NCBI GenBank assembly: GCA_963717505.1
Contig: OY970342.1
Location: 1,472,001-1,536,000, forward strand
DNA length: 64,000 nucleotides
Reading direction: 5' to 3'
DNA from: Candidatus Eiseniibacteriota bacterium
GTDB lineage: Bacteria; Eisenbacteria; RBG-16-71-46
Positions within the stretch are counted from its first letter, which is position 1. Each line of letters begins with the position of its first letter. Under the pieces are notes generated by a model that searched no databases, was not told where the DNA came from, and was given only the letters and a program-made list of their open reading frames with translations. Positions 27,507-37,341 of this stretch are shown here, one piece after another. The translations under genes were made by a program, and so were the position numbers.

Positions 27507-29951
27507 ATGCACGCAGCTCCGACTCGTTTTCTCGATCGCGCCGCCCTGCCTGCCGAGCCCACGGCGCGGCGCCCCGAGTCCGCGACTCTGTCGTACCCGA
27601 TTCCCGACGCGGCGTTCGCCGACTCGCCGCTGACGCGTTGGCTCGCCGAGTTCTCCGGACGCAACGACAATCGCGGCGCGATCGCGCATTGGGAAGTGTT
27701 GCCCGAGCGTCCGGCCCGCTACGCCGAGTTGGAGCGGCCGCTCGCGCCACCGCTCGCGGCAGCGCTGGCCGCCTTGAGAATCGAAAGCCTGTATACGCAT
27801 CAGGCGCAGGCGATCGAGTCGCTGCGCGCGGGCCGCGACACGGTGATCGTCACCGGCACAGCGAGCGGCAAGAGCCTCGCCTACCACGTGCCGGTACTCG
27901 AATCGATCCTGGCCGATCCGTCGGCGACTGCTTTGTACTTGTTTCCAACGAAGGCCCTTGCACAGGATCAGCTCAAGGGCCTGACCCGTCTCGCCAGCGG
28001 ACATCCCGACCTGCTGCGCGCCATGGTCGCCGGGGTCTACGACGGCGACACGCAGGCCTCGACTCGTCGCAAACTGCGCGACACCGCGAACGTGATTCTT
28101 TCGAACCCCGACATGCTGCATCAGGGGATTTTGCCCAGCCACGCACGTTGGGGACGGTTCTTCAGAAATTTGAAATACGTCGTCGTAGATGAAATGCACG
28201 CGTACCGCGGCATTTTTGGCTCGCACGTCGCGAATGTTCTCAGGCGGCTCGAACGTGTGACTCATCATGTCGGAAATCAATTCAAGTACGTGCTTTGTAG
28301 CGCCACCATTCGCAATCCCGGCGAGCTGGCCGCGGGCCTCACGGGGCGTGATGTCCGCGTGGTCGACGACGATGGCGCCCCGCGCGGCCGGCGTCACTTC
28401 GTGTTCTGGAATCCGCCGCACGTCGATGCCACGCGCGTCGAGCGGCGATCGTCGAATGGCGAAGGCTGTGGACTTTTTTCGGGACTGGTCGCCGCCGGTG
28501 GCCAGGCGCTGGCCTTCACCAAATCGCGGGTGGCGGCCGAATTGGTCTATCGCTACTCGAAAGAGCGGCTGGAGCATCAGGCGCCGCCGCTCGCCGAGCG
28601 AATCAAGCCCTATCGGGGTGGCTACCTGCCCGAAGAGCGCCGCGCGATCGAGCAGGCTTTGTTTGCCGGGGAACTGCGGGGCGTCGTCAGCACGAACGCG
28701 CTCGAGCTTGGAGTCGACATCGGTGGCCTCGACGCGGTGGTCATCATCGGTGCCCCCTCGACGCTGGCGAGCGCGTGGCAGCAGGCGGGTCGCGCCGGGC
28801 GCCAGGGCGAGCCGTCGCTGGCGATCCTGGTCGCCTACAACGAAACCGTGGACCAGTACCTGATGCGGCATCCCGAGTATTTCTTCGGCCGCTCGCCCGA
28901 GGCCGCGGTGGTCGATCCGGCGAATCCTTACATCCTGGCGTCGCAGCTGGCCTGTGCCGCGGGCGAGCTGCCACTCGGCCCCGACGACGTCGCGCGCTTC
29001 GGGCCCCAGACGGCGGCGATTCTCGCTGCACTCGAAGAGTCAGGAGAAACCAAGACCTTCGATGGGCGCACCTATTGGGCCAAGCCGGATGCGCCCGCAC
29101 CCCGCGTCAACCTGCGCACCATCTCCGACGACACCTATACGATCGTCGACGTGACGCGCGCCAACGCGGTGATCGGCAACGTCGACGCCATTAGTGGCCT
29201 CGAGCTGGTCTATCCCGAGGCCATCTACCTGCACGAGGGCCGAACCTGCTTCGTGCGAGAACTAGATTTGAAACAAAAAGTTGCGTATGTCGAGCCGCGC
29301 GAAGTGGACTACTACACGCAGCCGGTGATGGACTCGAACATTCGCGTGCGCGGCGAGCTGGAGCGACGCGAGTGGCGTGGCGAATCGGCGCGCTACGGCG
29401 AAGTAACGTATTCGTGGCAGACAGTTGCCATGAAGAAAATCAGATTTCACTCGATCGATGCGATCGGCTACCACCCTTTGGACCTGCCGCGTTTGACGCT
29501 GGACACCAGCGGGTTCTGGATCGCCCCTGGCGAAGAGGCTTGGCGCGCCGTCGCCAAGCAGGGTCTGAATCCGATGGAAGGTCTGTCGGGGGTTCGGAAT
29601 CTATTTCTGACATTGCTCTCGATGCTCAGCATGTGCGATCCCGCCGACCTGGGCGGCATGATCGACTCGTCGAACCTGGGACGGCCGACGTTGTTCGTGT
29701 TCGACCGCTACCCCGGCGGGCTCGGATTCGCCGAGCAGGGCTGGGCGCGGCTGGACGAGCTGGCGACCTCGGCCCTGGATCATCTGGAAGCATGCGGTTG
29801 CGCCGACGGTTGTCCGTCGTGCGTCGGCATGCCGATGCTGCACCCGGCGCAACAGCAGGACCCCGACTTGGGCCACGGCCGGCCGATCCCGGGTAAGGCC
29901 GCGGCGCGAGCGCTGCTGCGCTGGTGGATCGGCACCGCGGCGGCGGTATGA
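27507..29951 (+). CDS. mrfA: DEAH-box helicase with DUF1998 (MrfA/SftH/Hrq1-like)
   Basis: TGTASGKS, DEMH, SAT, TNALELGVDIG, QQAGRAGR, DRYPGGLG...CGCADGCPSC. Confidence 0.9.
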   Translation: MHAAPTRFLDRAALPAEPTARRPESATLSYPIPDAAFADSPLTRWLAEFSGRNDNRGAIAHWEVLPERPARYAELERPLAPPLAAALAALRIESLYTHQAQAIESLRAGRDTVIVTGTASGKSLAYHVPVLESILADPSATALYLFPTKALAQDQLKGLTRLASGHPDLLRAMVAGVYDGDTQASTRRKLRDTANVILSNPDMLHQGILPSHARWGRFFRNLKYVVVDEMHAYRGIFGSHVANVLRRLERVTHHVGNQFKYVLCSATIRNPGELAAGLTGRDVRVVDDDGAPRGRRHFVFWNPPHVDATRVERRSSNGEGCGLFSGLVAAGGQALAFTKSRVAAELVYRYSKERLEHQAPPLAERIKPYRGGYLPEERRAIEQALFAGELRGVVSTNALELGVDIGGLDAVVIIGAPSTLASAWQQAGRAGRQGEPSLAILVAYNETVDQYLMRHPEYFFGRSPEAAVVDPANPYILASQLACAAGELPLGPDDVARFGPQTAAILAALEESGETKTFDGRTYWAKPDAPAPRVNLRTISDDTYTIVDVTRANAVIGNVDAISGLELVYPEAIYLHEGRTCFVRELDLKQKVAYVEPREVDYYTQPVMDSNIRVRGELERREWRGESARYGEVTYSWQTVAMKKIRFHSIDAIGYHPLDLPRLTLDTSGFWIAPGEEAWRAVAKQGLNPMEGLSGVRNLFLTLLSMLSMCDPADLGGMIDSSNLGRPTLFVFDRYPGGLGFAEQGWARLDELATSALDHLEACGCADGCPSCVGMPMLHPAQQQDPDLGHGRPIPGKAAARALLRWWIGTAAAV

Positions 29952-29997
29952 CGCGAATTCACGGACGCACGGCTTTGAAATCTCGAGAGGGCACCGC

Positions 29998-30753
29998 ATG
30001 ACTCCCGACCAGGAATGGCCGGTCACGTTCTTCGACGACGACTACCTTCGCATCTATCGCACCAGCTTCACACCCGAGAAGACCGCGGCCGAAATCGAGT
30101 TCATCGTCTCGACGCTGGGGCTCTCGCCGGGCGCGTCGGTGCTCGACCTGGCGTGCGGGCTCGGTCGCCACGCGATCGGGATGGCCCTGCGCGGCTTCAA
30201 GGTGACCGGTGTCGACTTCAACCCCCGCTATCTCGAGATGGCGGCCGAACAGGCGCGCGCCGCCGGGGCCACGGTTCGTTGGGTTCACGCCGACATGCGC
30301 AAGCTGCCGTTCTCCGGCGAGTTCGAGGGCGCCTACTCGTTCTTCACCTCGTTCGGCTACTTCAGCGACGCCGAGAACGAGGGCGTGCTCGAGCAGATCG
30401 CGCGCAGCCTGCGCCCGCCCGGGGTCTTGCTGCTCGACCTGGCGCATCGCGACTGGATCCTGACCCACCCGCGGCAACGCTCGTGGGATCAGCGCGAAGA
30501 CGGCTCTCTGGTCATGGAGGAAATATCGTTCGACCTGCGCAGCTCGCGCGTGACTTCGCGGATGACCATGATCGCCGAGTCCGGACCACGCGTCATGAAG
30601 GAATTCAACCTCCGCACCTACACATGCGCCGAGCTGGATGCGATGCTCGGTCGTCACGGCTTCACCGTACGTTCGGTCTGGGGCGGCGCGGACCGCAGCG
30701 AGTACAGCACCGAGAGCCGGCGACTGGTGATGCTCGCCGATCGAAAGGGCTAG
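29998..30753 (+). CDS. Class I SAM-dependent methyltransferase
   Basis: VLDLACGLGRH, ADMR, FTSFGYF. Confidence 0.9.
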   Translation: MTPDQEWPVTFFDDDYLRIYRTSFTPEKTAAEIEFIVSTLGLSPGASVLDLACGLGRHAIGMALRGFKVTGVDFNPRYLEMAAEQARAAGATVRWVHADMRKLPFSGEFEGAYSFFTSFGYFSDAENEGVLEQIARSLRPPGVLLLDLAHRDWILTHPRQRSWDQREDGSLVMEEISFDLRSSRVTSRMTMIAESGPRVMKEFNLRTYTCAELDAMLGRHGFTVRSVWGGADRSEYSTESRRLVMLADRKG

Positions 30754-30757
30754 CAGC

Positions 30758-31639
30758 GTGTTCGGCTCCGAAGGATTGCGGGCGCGTCTGGCGGAGCTGG
30801 TCCGTGACCGCCGGGTGGATCCCTTGCTACCCAGCTTGCCATCGATCGCCGCCACCAGCATCGCGACCGGCATTGAGGAGTACCTGCCGGGAGGCGAGTG
30901 GCGCGATGCCGGCGGTGCCGTCTACGTGCACGAACGCCTGCGCTCCGACGTCGAGCAACGCGAAAGCCACTGGGGAACGCTCGGGTCTCCACCGGAGGAC
31001 GAAGAGGACCTGTGCGATCTCGCGGGCCGTGGTCTCGAGCACGCCCTGTTCCTGGATCTCGAAACCGGCGGACTGGCTTCGAGTCCGGTGTTTCTCGCGG
31101 GGACCATGCACTGGAACGGCACCGACTTCGTGTTGCGCCAGTATTTCGCGCGCCACTACGGCGAGGAAGGCGCGCTGCTGCGGGCCCTCGCCGAGCAGAT
31201 GCGCGACTTCGACACGCTGGTCACGTTCAACGGCAAATCCTACGACGTGCCGTTCATGAATGCGCGAGCCGTCGTTCACGGTGCGCAATCTGCGGTCCCC
31301 GAGCGCCACGTCGATCTGCTACATCCGGCGCGCCGGCGTTGGAAGGAGCTGCTGCCCAATTGCCGGCTCCAGACGCTCGAGTTCCACGTCTGCCGCCGGC
31401 GACGCTTTGGCGACGTGCCGGGCGACGAAGTGCCGGCCCTCTACCACGACTACATCCGGCGCGGCGACCCCTACCGGCTGGTGCCGGTGTTCCACCACAA
31501 CCTGCTCGACGTCATCACGATGGCCGAGGTCCTGCGCACTCTGTGCACGCCGCGGCCGGAGGAGCCGGATCGCCAGACTAAAGAACCATCGATCTGGGCC
31601 GATCCTTCGGGCATTGACCCGGCGGGGGCGGGGTTCTAG
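30758..31639 (+). CDS. mrfB: RNase H-like DEDDh exonuclease (YprB/MrfB-like)
   Basis: LFLDLETGGL, TFNGKSYD, HVDL, HNLLD. Confidence 0.8.
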   Translation: MFGSEGLRARLAELVRDRRVDPLLPSLPSIAATSIATGIEEYLPGGEWRDAGGAVYVHERLRSDVEQRESHWGTLGSPPEDEEDLCDLAGRGLEHALFLDLETGGLASSPVFLAGTMHWNGTDFVLRQYFARHYGEEGALLRALAEQMRDFDTLVTFNGKSYDVPFMNARAVVHGAQSAVPERHVDLLHPARRRWKELLPNCRLQTLEFHVCRRRRFGDVPGDEVPALYHDYIRRGDPYRLVPVFHHNLLDVITMAEVLRTLCTPRPEEPDRQTKEPSIWADPSGIDPAGAGF

Positions 31640-31642
31640 ACT
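31614..31642 (+). promoter_or_regulatory. Sigma70-type promoter for the zinc-ribbon/cold-shock gene
   Basis: TTGACC-N17-TAGACT overlapping the mrfB stop; implies a 5' UTR of about 170 nt. Confidence 0.65.
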
Positions 31643-31821
31643 CTGCCCCGGTCGCAGGTTCTCTCAAGTGGTTTATCGAGATTTTCCAGTGATTCTGGTT
31701 GCGTTTCGCCCCCGTCCGATTTTGGTTCCCCGAGTGGCCCCGGTGTGCCCATGCACGCCGGGGCTGCTTTGTTCTGGTCGCCGGGAAGTCGCAGCCGGTC
31801 CGATGAGGAGGTCGTAGGGCC

Positions 31822-32508
31822 ATGAGTGAAGATCGCCATCTGAAGTGCTCGGACTGCGGTGCAGACTTCGTGTTCACAGCCGGCGAGCAGGACTTCTATC
31901 GCGAGAAAGGCCTGACCTCGGCGCCCACGCGCTGCCGCGATTGCCGCGAGAAGCGCAAGGCGAGTCGGGGCGATCGCGGCGGCGGTGGTGGCGGTGGCGG
32001 CGGACGCGACCGCGAGATGCACCCGGCCGTCTGTTCGGAATGCGGCGCCCAGACCATGGTGCCGTTCCTGCCGGTTTCCGATCGACCGATCTACTGCAAG
32101 GACTGCTACAACGCGAAGCGCGGCACCGGCGGTGGTGGTGGTGGTGGCGGCGGGGGTGGTGGTGGCGGACGGTCCGGCGGCGGGCGCCCCGGTGGTGGCG
32201 GTGGTGGCGGCGGCGGCCGGCGGTCGGGCGGTGGTGGTGGGGGTGGTGGGGGCGGACCCAGTCGCGACCGGGATTCCGGCCAGACCATGACGTCGACCGG
32301 CGAACGGCTCCAGGGCTCGGTCAAGTGGTTCAACGAGGCGAAGGGCTTTGGCTTCATCACCGACGGCTCGGGTGAAGACGTGTTCGTTCACTTTTCGGCG
32401 ATTCAGGGCGGCGGCTTTCGCACCCTGAACGAGGGAGATCGGGTCGAGTTCGAGGTTGTGATGGGTCCGCGCGGCCGCCAGGCGGCCAACGTGACCCGCG
32501 CCGAATGA
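31822..32508 (+). CDS. Zinc-ribbon (zf-trcl-like) + CxxC-x17-CxxC + Gly-rich + cold-shock domain fusion protein
   Basis: CSDC...EQDFY...RCRDC; CSEC-x17-CKDC; poly-Gly; [21 protein letters not shown]. Confidence 0.9.
   Translation: MSEDRHLKCSDCGADFVFTAGEQDFYREKGLTSAPTRCRDCREKRKASRGDRGGGGGGGGGRDREMHPAVCSECGAQTMVPFLPVSDRPIYCKDCYNAKRGTGGGGGGGGGGGGGGRSGGGRPGGGGGGGGGRRSGGGGGGGGGGPSRDRDSGQTMTSTGERLQGSVKWFNEAKGFGFITDGSGEDVFVHFSAIQGGGFRTLNEGDRVEFEVVMGPRGRQAANVTRAE
32128..32256 (+). repeat. (GGN)n low-complexity tract encoding Gly-rich linker
   Basis: Runs of GGT/GGC codons; shorter tract at about 31978..32004. Confidence 0.9.
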
Positions 32509-32524
32509 GCCGATAACCCCACGG

Positions 32525-34186
32525 ATGGTCGAAGCCACGCGACAGTTCTCTGCGCTGAGCGAGGAGTTCGTCGAGCTGTCGTTTCGCCACGATCCGGTCG
32601 AAGCGACGCGGGTCGGAATCCACGACTACGACCGGATTCTGCCCGACGACTCGCCGGAAGGCGTTCAGGCGCGGCTCACCTGGCTCAAGGATCTGGAGCG
32701 CCGGCTCGATCAGGTGCCCGAGACGGCGCTCCCGACCGCGCAACGCGTCGATCACTCCTACCTGCGCTCGCGCGTCGCCACCCTGCGCGGCGAGATCGAG
32801 ATGCTGCGTGTGCCGGCTCGCAATCCGGTGCGCTACGCCGAGCGTGCGCTCAACGGCATCTTCCTGCTGCTCGCCCGGCCGTTCGCGCCACTCGAAGAGC
32901 GCAAGGAAGCGATTCTCGACCGGCTGATCGCGATTCCCGACTACCTCGGCGCCGCCATCCGCAATCTGGAGCCGGTGCCCGCAGTGATCGTCGAAACCGC
33001 GCTCGAAGTCACGCGCGCCGGGCCCGGGTTCGTCGAGCACGTGGCGCGCACCATGCGCAAGAGCTTCCCCGGCGAGGACGAGCGCATCGAGTACGCCGCA
33101 CAACGGGCGCGGCTCGGATTCCTGCGCTACCAGGAGCATCTCGAGCGCGAGCTGCTGCCCCGGGCGGCCGGGTCGTTCGCCATTGGCGAGAGCGCGATGA
33201 ACACGCTGCTCCACCAGCGGCACCTGCTCGCCATGGACTGCGGCGCCATCGAATCACTCGGGCTCGAGCACGTCGCGCGCGCGCGCGGAATGCTCGAAGC
33301 CGAAGCCCTGCGGCTGGACTCGGCGCGTGACTGGCGGCACCAGATCGCCGCGGCGCGCATGCGCCATCCCGAACGCGGCGAGCTGCGCGAAGCCTACGTG
33401 GCCGAGACCGCGCGCGCCTTGGAGTTCGTGCGCGAGAAGCGCGTGGCGCCGGTGGTCGGCACCGCGTTGGAGGTCGTGGATACGCCCTTGTACATGCGGG
33501 CGGTGACGCCTTATGCGACGTACCTGCCGTCGGCGCCATTCGATCCCGACCAAACCGGATATTTCTTCCTGACCCCGATTGACGTCGGCGCGCCCAAGGA
33601 AGTGCAGGAAGAGCAGCTCCAGGCCAACGCGCTCGCGCGGATCCCGCTGGTGGTGCTGCACGAAGCCTACCCTGGGCGTCACCTGCAGACCGGGCACGCC
33701 AACCAGGCCGCCACGCGCATCCGGCAGCTCGCCTTCAACGACCTGTTCGCCGAGGGCTGGGCGCTCTACTGCGCCGAGCTGATGCACTCACAGGGCTATT
33801 TCCCCGAACCCGTAACGCGACTGTTCCAGCTCCGCGACCTGCTGTGGCGCGCGTGTCGCGTGGTGCTCGACGTGCGACTCCAGTGCGGGCGCATGACCAG
33901 CGAGGAGGCGGTGGACTTCCTGGTCGAGCAGGTGATGATGGAGCGCGCGAGCGCCCGCAGCGAAGTGCGCCGCTACCTGTTGTCGCCGACCCAGCCGCTC
34001 AGCTATCTGGTCGGGATGCTCGAGATCGAGTCGATGCGCGAGGAAGCGCGGAGCCGGCTGGGCCCGGGGTTCGACCTGCACGACTTCCACGCGGCGTTGT
34101 TGGGCGTGGGGGCGTTGCCGCCGGCGCTGGTGCGGGAGGAGTTGTGGGAGCGGCTAGGGCTCAGTGAGGCCGGGTCGCGAGGGTAG
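32525..34186 (+). CDS. DUF885 family protein (putative metallopeptidase)
   Basis: ATRVGIHDYD, HEAYPGRH, EGWALY, P.Q..SY..G, FH. Confidence 0.85.
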   Translation: MVEATRQFSALSEEFVELSFRHDPVEATRVGIHDYDRILPDDSPEGVQARLTWLKDLERRLDQVPETALPTAQRVDHSYLRSRVATLRGEIEMLRVPARNPVRYAERALNGIFLLLARPFAPLEERKEAILDRLIAIPDYLGAAIRNLEPVPAVIVETALEVTRAGPGFVEHVARTMRKSFPGEDERIEYAAQRARLGFLRYQEHLERELLPRAAGSFAIGESAMNTLLHQRHLLAMDCGAIESLGLEHVARARGMLEAEALRLDSARDWRHQIAAARMRHPERGELREAYVAETARALEFVREKRVAPVVGTALEVVDTPLYMRAVTPYATYLPSAPFDPDQTGYFFLTPIDVGAPKEVQEEQLQANALARIPLVVLHEAYPGRHLQTGHANQAATRIRQLAFNDLFAEGWALYCAELMHSQGYFPEPVTRLFQLRDLLWRACRVVLDVRLQCGRMTSEEAVDFLVEQVMMERASARSEVRRYLLSPTQPLSYLVGMLEIESMREEARSRLGPGFDLHDFHAALLGVGALPPALVREELWERLGLSEAGSRG

Positions 34187-34192
34187 GGGGAG

Positions 34193-36013
34193 TTACCCCG
34201 CCGCCACCGCGCGTTCCTGCGGCGCCTCGTACATCCCCTCGATCAGCTCCTTGTACCTCTCCGTCACCACTCGCCGTTTCACCTTGAGCGACGGTGTCAG
34301 CTCCCCGTTGTGCTGCGTCAGCTCGTTCTCGAGCAACGCGAATTTCTTGATCTGCTCGAAGCTCGAGCGGCCTGTGTTCACGCGGGTGATCTCGGCCTGG
34401 AACAGCGCGCGCACGTCAGGACGCGCGAGGAACCGAGCGCGATCTGAGACCTCGTCCCAGCCCCGACTCGCCGCCTCGGCATCGAGTGCCGCAAAGTCCG
34501 GCACCAGCAGACACACGATGTACGGCCTGCGGTCGCCGAGGAGCACAGCCTCCGAGATCCAGCGGCTCTCCTTGAGTGCCGCCTCGACCGGCTGTGGGGC
34601 CACCTTCTTGCCGCCGGCCGTCACCAGCAGGTCTTTCAAACGATCGGTGATGAACACATAACCGCGCTCGTCGATGCGGCCGACGTCGCCGGTGTGGAAC
34701 CAGCCGTCGCGAATCGCCGCATTCGTGGCTTCGGTGTTGTGGTAGTAGCCGAGCATCACATGTGGGCCGCGCGTCAGGATCTCGCCCTCGGCCCCGATCC
34801 TGACCTCGACCCCGGGGATCGCCCGCCCGACCGAGCCCGGCATCTCGCTGCCCGGCGGATTCAGGGTGATCACCGGCGAGGTCTCGGTCAGCCCGTAGCC
34901 CTCGACGATTGGAATCCCGATCGCGAAGAAGAACTCCATCACGTTGGGGGCCAGGGGGGCCCCGCCCGAGACGCCGTAGCGCAGCCGTCCGCCGACGCGA
35001 GCGCGAATCTTCGAAAGCACGAGCCGGTCGGCAATCCCGAGCTGGAGCGCGACCCACGGCGACGGGTTCCGCCCCGCGAACTTGGCCTGCGCCCGCTGCG
35101 CCCCGATGCCCAGCGCCCAATGGAACAGCGCGCGGGCGATGGGCGGGCGCGCGGCTGCGCCTTCCATCACGCGCGCGTAGACCTTCTCGTAGAAGCGCGG
35201 GACGCCGGTGATGATGGTGGGCCGCACTTCCATCGCGTTCGTGGCGACAGTTTCCATGCTCTCCGCGTACGCGATGGTCACCCCGCCGCCCAGCATCGCG
35301 TAGAAGCCGCCCATGCGCTCGAAGATGTGCGACAGGGGCAGGAACGACAGCGAGGTGTCGTTCGGAGTCAGCCCGAACACTTTGAGCGAGCTGGCGACGT
35401 TGCTCGCGATGTTGGCGTGCGACAGCATCGCCCCTTTGGGTTCGCCGGTGGTCCCCGAGGTGTAGATGATGGTGGCCAGATCGTTGGGCACAATGTCGGC
35501 TATAGCTTGCCGGAACATCTCGGGCTCACGCTGCCGTTGCTCGGCGCCGCGGGCGACCAGATCGTTCCACGAGACCTCGCCGGTGTGCGCGGCGTCTCCG
35601 GGTGCGTCCATCACGATGATCGCGCACAAGTTGGGCGTCGAGCCGCGCTCGGCGCGGAGCTTGTCGCGCTGGGCCGCGTTCGAAACGAAGGCCACCTTGG
35701 CTCCGGAGTTGCGCAGCAGTGCTGCGCACTGGGGCCCGGTGACGGTCGCGTAGATTGGCACGGTCACCGCGCCGAGGCCGAGAATGGCGAGATCGGCCAG
35801 CGCCCACTCGACGCGCGATTCCGCGAAGATCGCGACCCGGTCGCCGCGCCTGACCCCCAGCATTTCGAGACCGTGCGCGACGTTCTCGACGGTCTCGACC
35901 GCCTGAACACCGGAGGTCGCGTGCCAGGCGCCGTCCCGCTTGCTCATGAAGAGCGGGGCCGTGCCTTTGCGCCCGGCGGCGTCGAGGAAGATCTGGATCA
36001 GGGTCTCGGACAT
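34193..36013 (-). CDS. Long-chain fatty acid-CoA ligase
   Basis: IYTSGTTGEPKG, EGYGLTE, TGD, DRLKD; GGAGG SD. Confidence 0.92.
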   Translation of the reverse strand: MSETLIQIFLDAAGRKGTAPLFMSKRDGAWHATSGVQAVETVENVAHGLEMLGVRRGDRVAIFAESRVEWALADLAILGLGAVTVPIYATVTGPQCAALLRNSGAKVAFVSNAAQRDKLRAERGSTPNLCAIIVMDAPGDAAHTGEVSWNDLVARGAEQRQREPEMFRQAIADIVPNDLATIIYTSGTTGEPKGAMLSHANIASNVASSLKVFGLTPNDTSLSFLPLSHIFERMGGFYAMLGGGVTIAYAESMETVATNAMEVRPTIITGVPRFYEKVYARVMEGAAARPPIARALFHWALGIGAQRAQAKFAGRNPSPWVALQLGIADRLVLSKIRARVGGRLRYGVSGGAPLAPNVMEFFFAIGIPIVEGYGLTETSPVITLNPPGSEMPGSVGRAIPGVEVRIGAEGEILTRGPHVMLGYYHNTEATNAAIRDGWFHTGDVGRIDERGYVFITDRLKDLLVTAGGKKVAPQPVEAALKESRWISEAVLLGDRRPYIVCLLVPDFAALDAEAASRGWDEVSDRARFLARPDVRALFQAEITRVNTGRSSFEQIKKFALLENELTQHNGELTPSLKVKRRVVTERYKELIEGMYEAPQERAVAAG

Positions 36014-36141
36014 GCGTTGCCTCCGTGGACGTTGACCCAAGCATCGGCACATCCGGGCGCGGGGGCAAGCGTCGGATCGGACTCGTCTTCGGCGACCGCG
36101 GGCCGGGTGCTAACGTGCGTGGTTCCCGGAAAGGAACCCCG

Positions 36142-36819
36142 ATGGCCGTCGCGCCCAAACCCCAACGCTTCGCCACCGCCGCCGCATTCCGCGCTTGGCT
36201 CGCCCGCCACCACGGCTCGGCCGACGAGATCGTCGTCCGCTGCTACAAGACGCATGCGTCGAAACAGGGCATGACCTACGGCGAAGCCCTGGACGAGGTT
36301 CTGTGCCACGGCTGGATCGACGGCGTGCGCCGCGCGATCGACGACGTCAGCTTCAGCGTGCGGTTCACGCCACGGAGCCCGAGGAGCATCTGGAGCCGGG
36401 TGAACATTCGCAAGGTCGAGGCGCTGATTGCCCAGGGCCGCATGGCGAAACCGGGACTCGACGCGTTTCGTGCCCGCGAGGAGTCACGCACCGGGCTCTA
36501 TTCGTTCGAACGCGCGTCGATGGAGCTCACGCCGGCTTTCCTGAAACGATTCAAGGCGCGCAAGGGTGCCTGGGAGCATTTCCAGACGCAGCCGCCCTGG
36601 TATCGGCGCACCAGCACGTTCTGGGTGATGAGCGCCAAGCAGGAGGCGACGCGCGAGCGGCGGCTCGAAACGCTGATCGACTGTTCGGGGAAGAACCTCA
36701 CGCTGCCGCAACTGACGCGCACACCGAGCGCCAAGAAAGCCGCCGGGGCCGGGTCGAGCGAAGCCTCGAGTCGCTCCCGCGCTCGCACCGGACGCCGCCC
36801 GCGGCCGAGCCCTCGGTAA
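36142..36819 (+). CDS. YdeI/OmpD-associated (bacteriocin-protection) family protein
   Basis: FRAWLARHH, LCHGWIDG, FTPR, WSRVN, SAKQEATRERRL. Confidence 0.88.
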   Translation: MAVAPKPQRFATAAAFRAWLARHHGSADEIVVRCYKTHASKQGMTYGEALDEVLCHGWIDGVRRAIDDVSFSVRFTPRSPRSIWSRVNIRKVEALIAQGRMAKPGLDAFRAREESRTGLYSFERASMELTPAFLKRFKARKGAWEHFQTQPPWYRRTSTFWVMSAKQEATRERRLETLIDCSGKNLTLPQLTRTPSAKKAAGAGSSEASSRSRARTGRRPRPSPR

Positions 36820-36830
36820 AGCATACCTTC

Positions 36831-37292
36831 ATGATTCCGCGCGAGTACCTGATCCCCTACCTGATCTCGAATGGCGTCGCACTTGCAGTTCTGGGGCTGG
36901 CATTCGTTCGCCCGCGCTGGGTGCGGTGGGTGACGATCGCACTGTTCTTGTGGGCTGCGCTTCGCAACACCCAGGTGGTGCTCACCACCCCGGAGTCCTA
37001 CCAGGGCTTCGCGCCGCTGACGTTCCTGCCGATCTATCGCGATTTCATTCAGGGCTGGTTTCGGCAGCACACGATGCCGATGGTACTGACGATCGCCGCC
37101 TGCCAACTGACCATCGCCCTGCTCCTGCTGGTGAACCGGCACGGGACGCGGCGCCTGGGCGTATCGGGCGCGCTCGCCTTTCTGCTCGGAATCGCGCCCC
37201 TTGGTGTCGGTTCGGCGTTCCCCTTCTCGCTCATCTATGGATCCGCGTTGGTGATCATGCTGCTCAAGCTCGAACACGCCAGGGCCGCATGA
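36831..37292 (+). CDS. Hypothetical membrane protein (about 4 TM)
   Basis: Hydrophobic helices; APLGVGSAFP. Confidence 0.7.
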   Translation: MIPREYLIPYLISNGVALAVLGLAFVRPRWVRWVTIALFLWAALRNTQVVLTTPESYQGFAPLTFLPIYRDFIQGWFRQHTMPMVLTIAACQLTIALLLLVNRHGTRRLGVSGALAFLLGIAPLGVGSAFPFSLIYGSALVIMLLKLEHARAA

Positions 37293-37341
37293 CCGCGGCC
37301 TGCGTTGACAACCGCGCGCACGCTGGCCGACATTCGCCCGG

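Noticed and set aside
27507-31639. DISARM/Druantia defence system call
   Set aside because: No DNA methyltransferase motifs or partner genes; the helicase plus YprB pair fits MrfAB better
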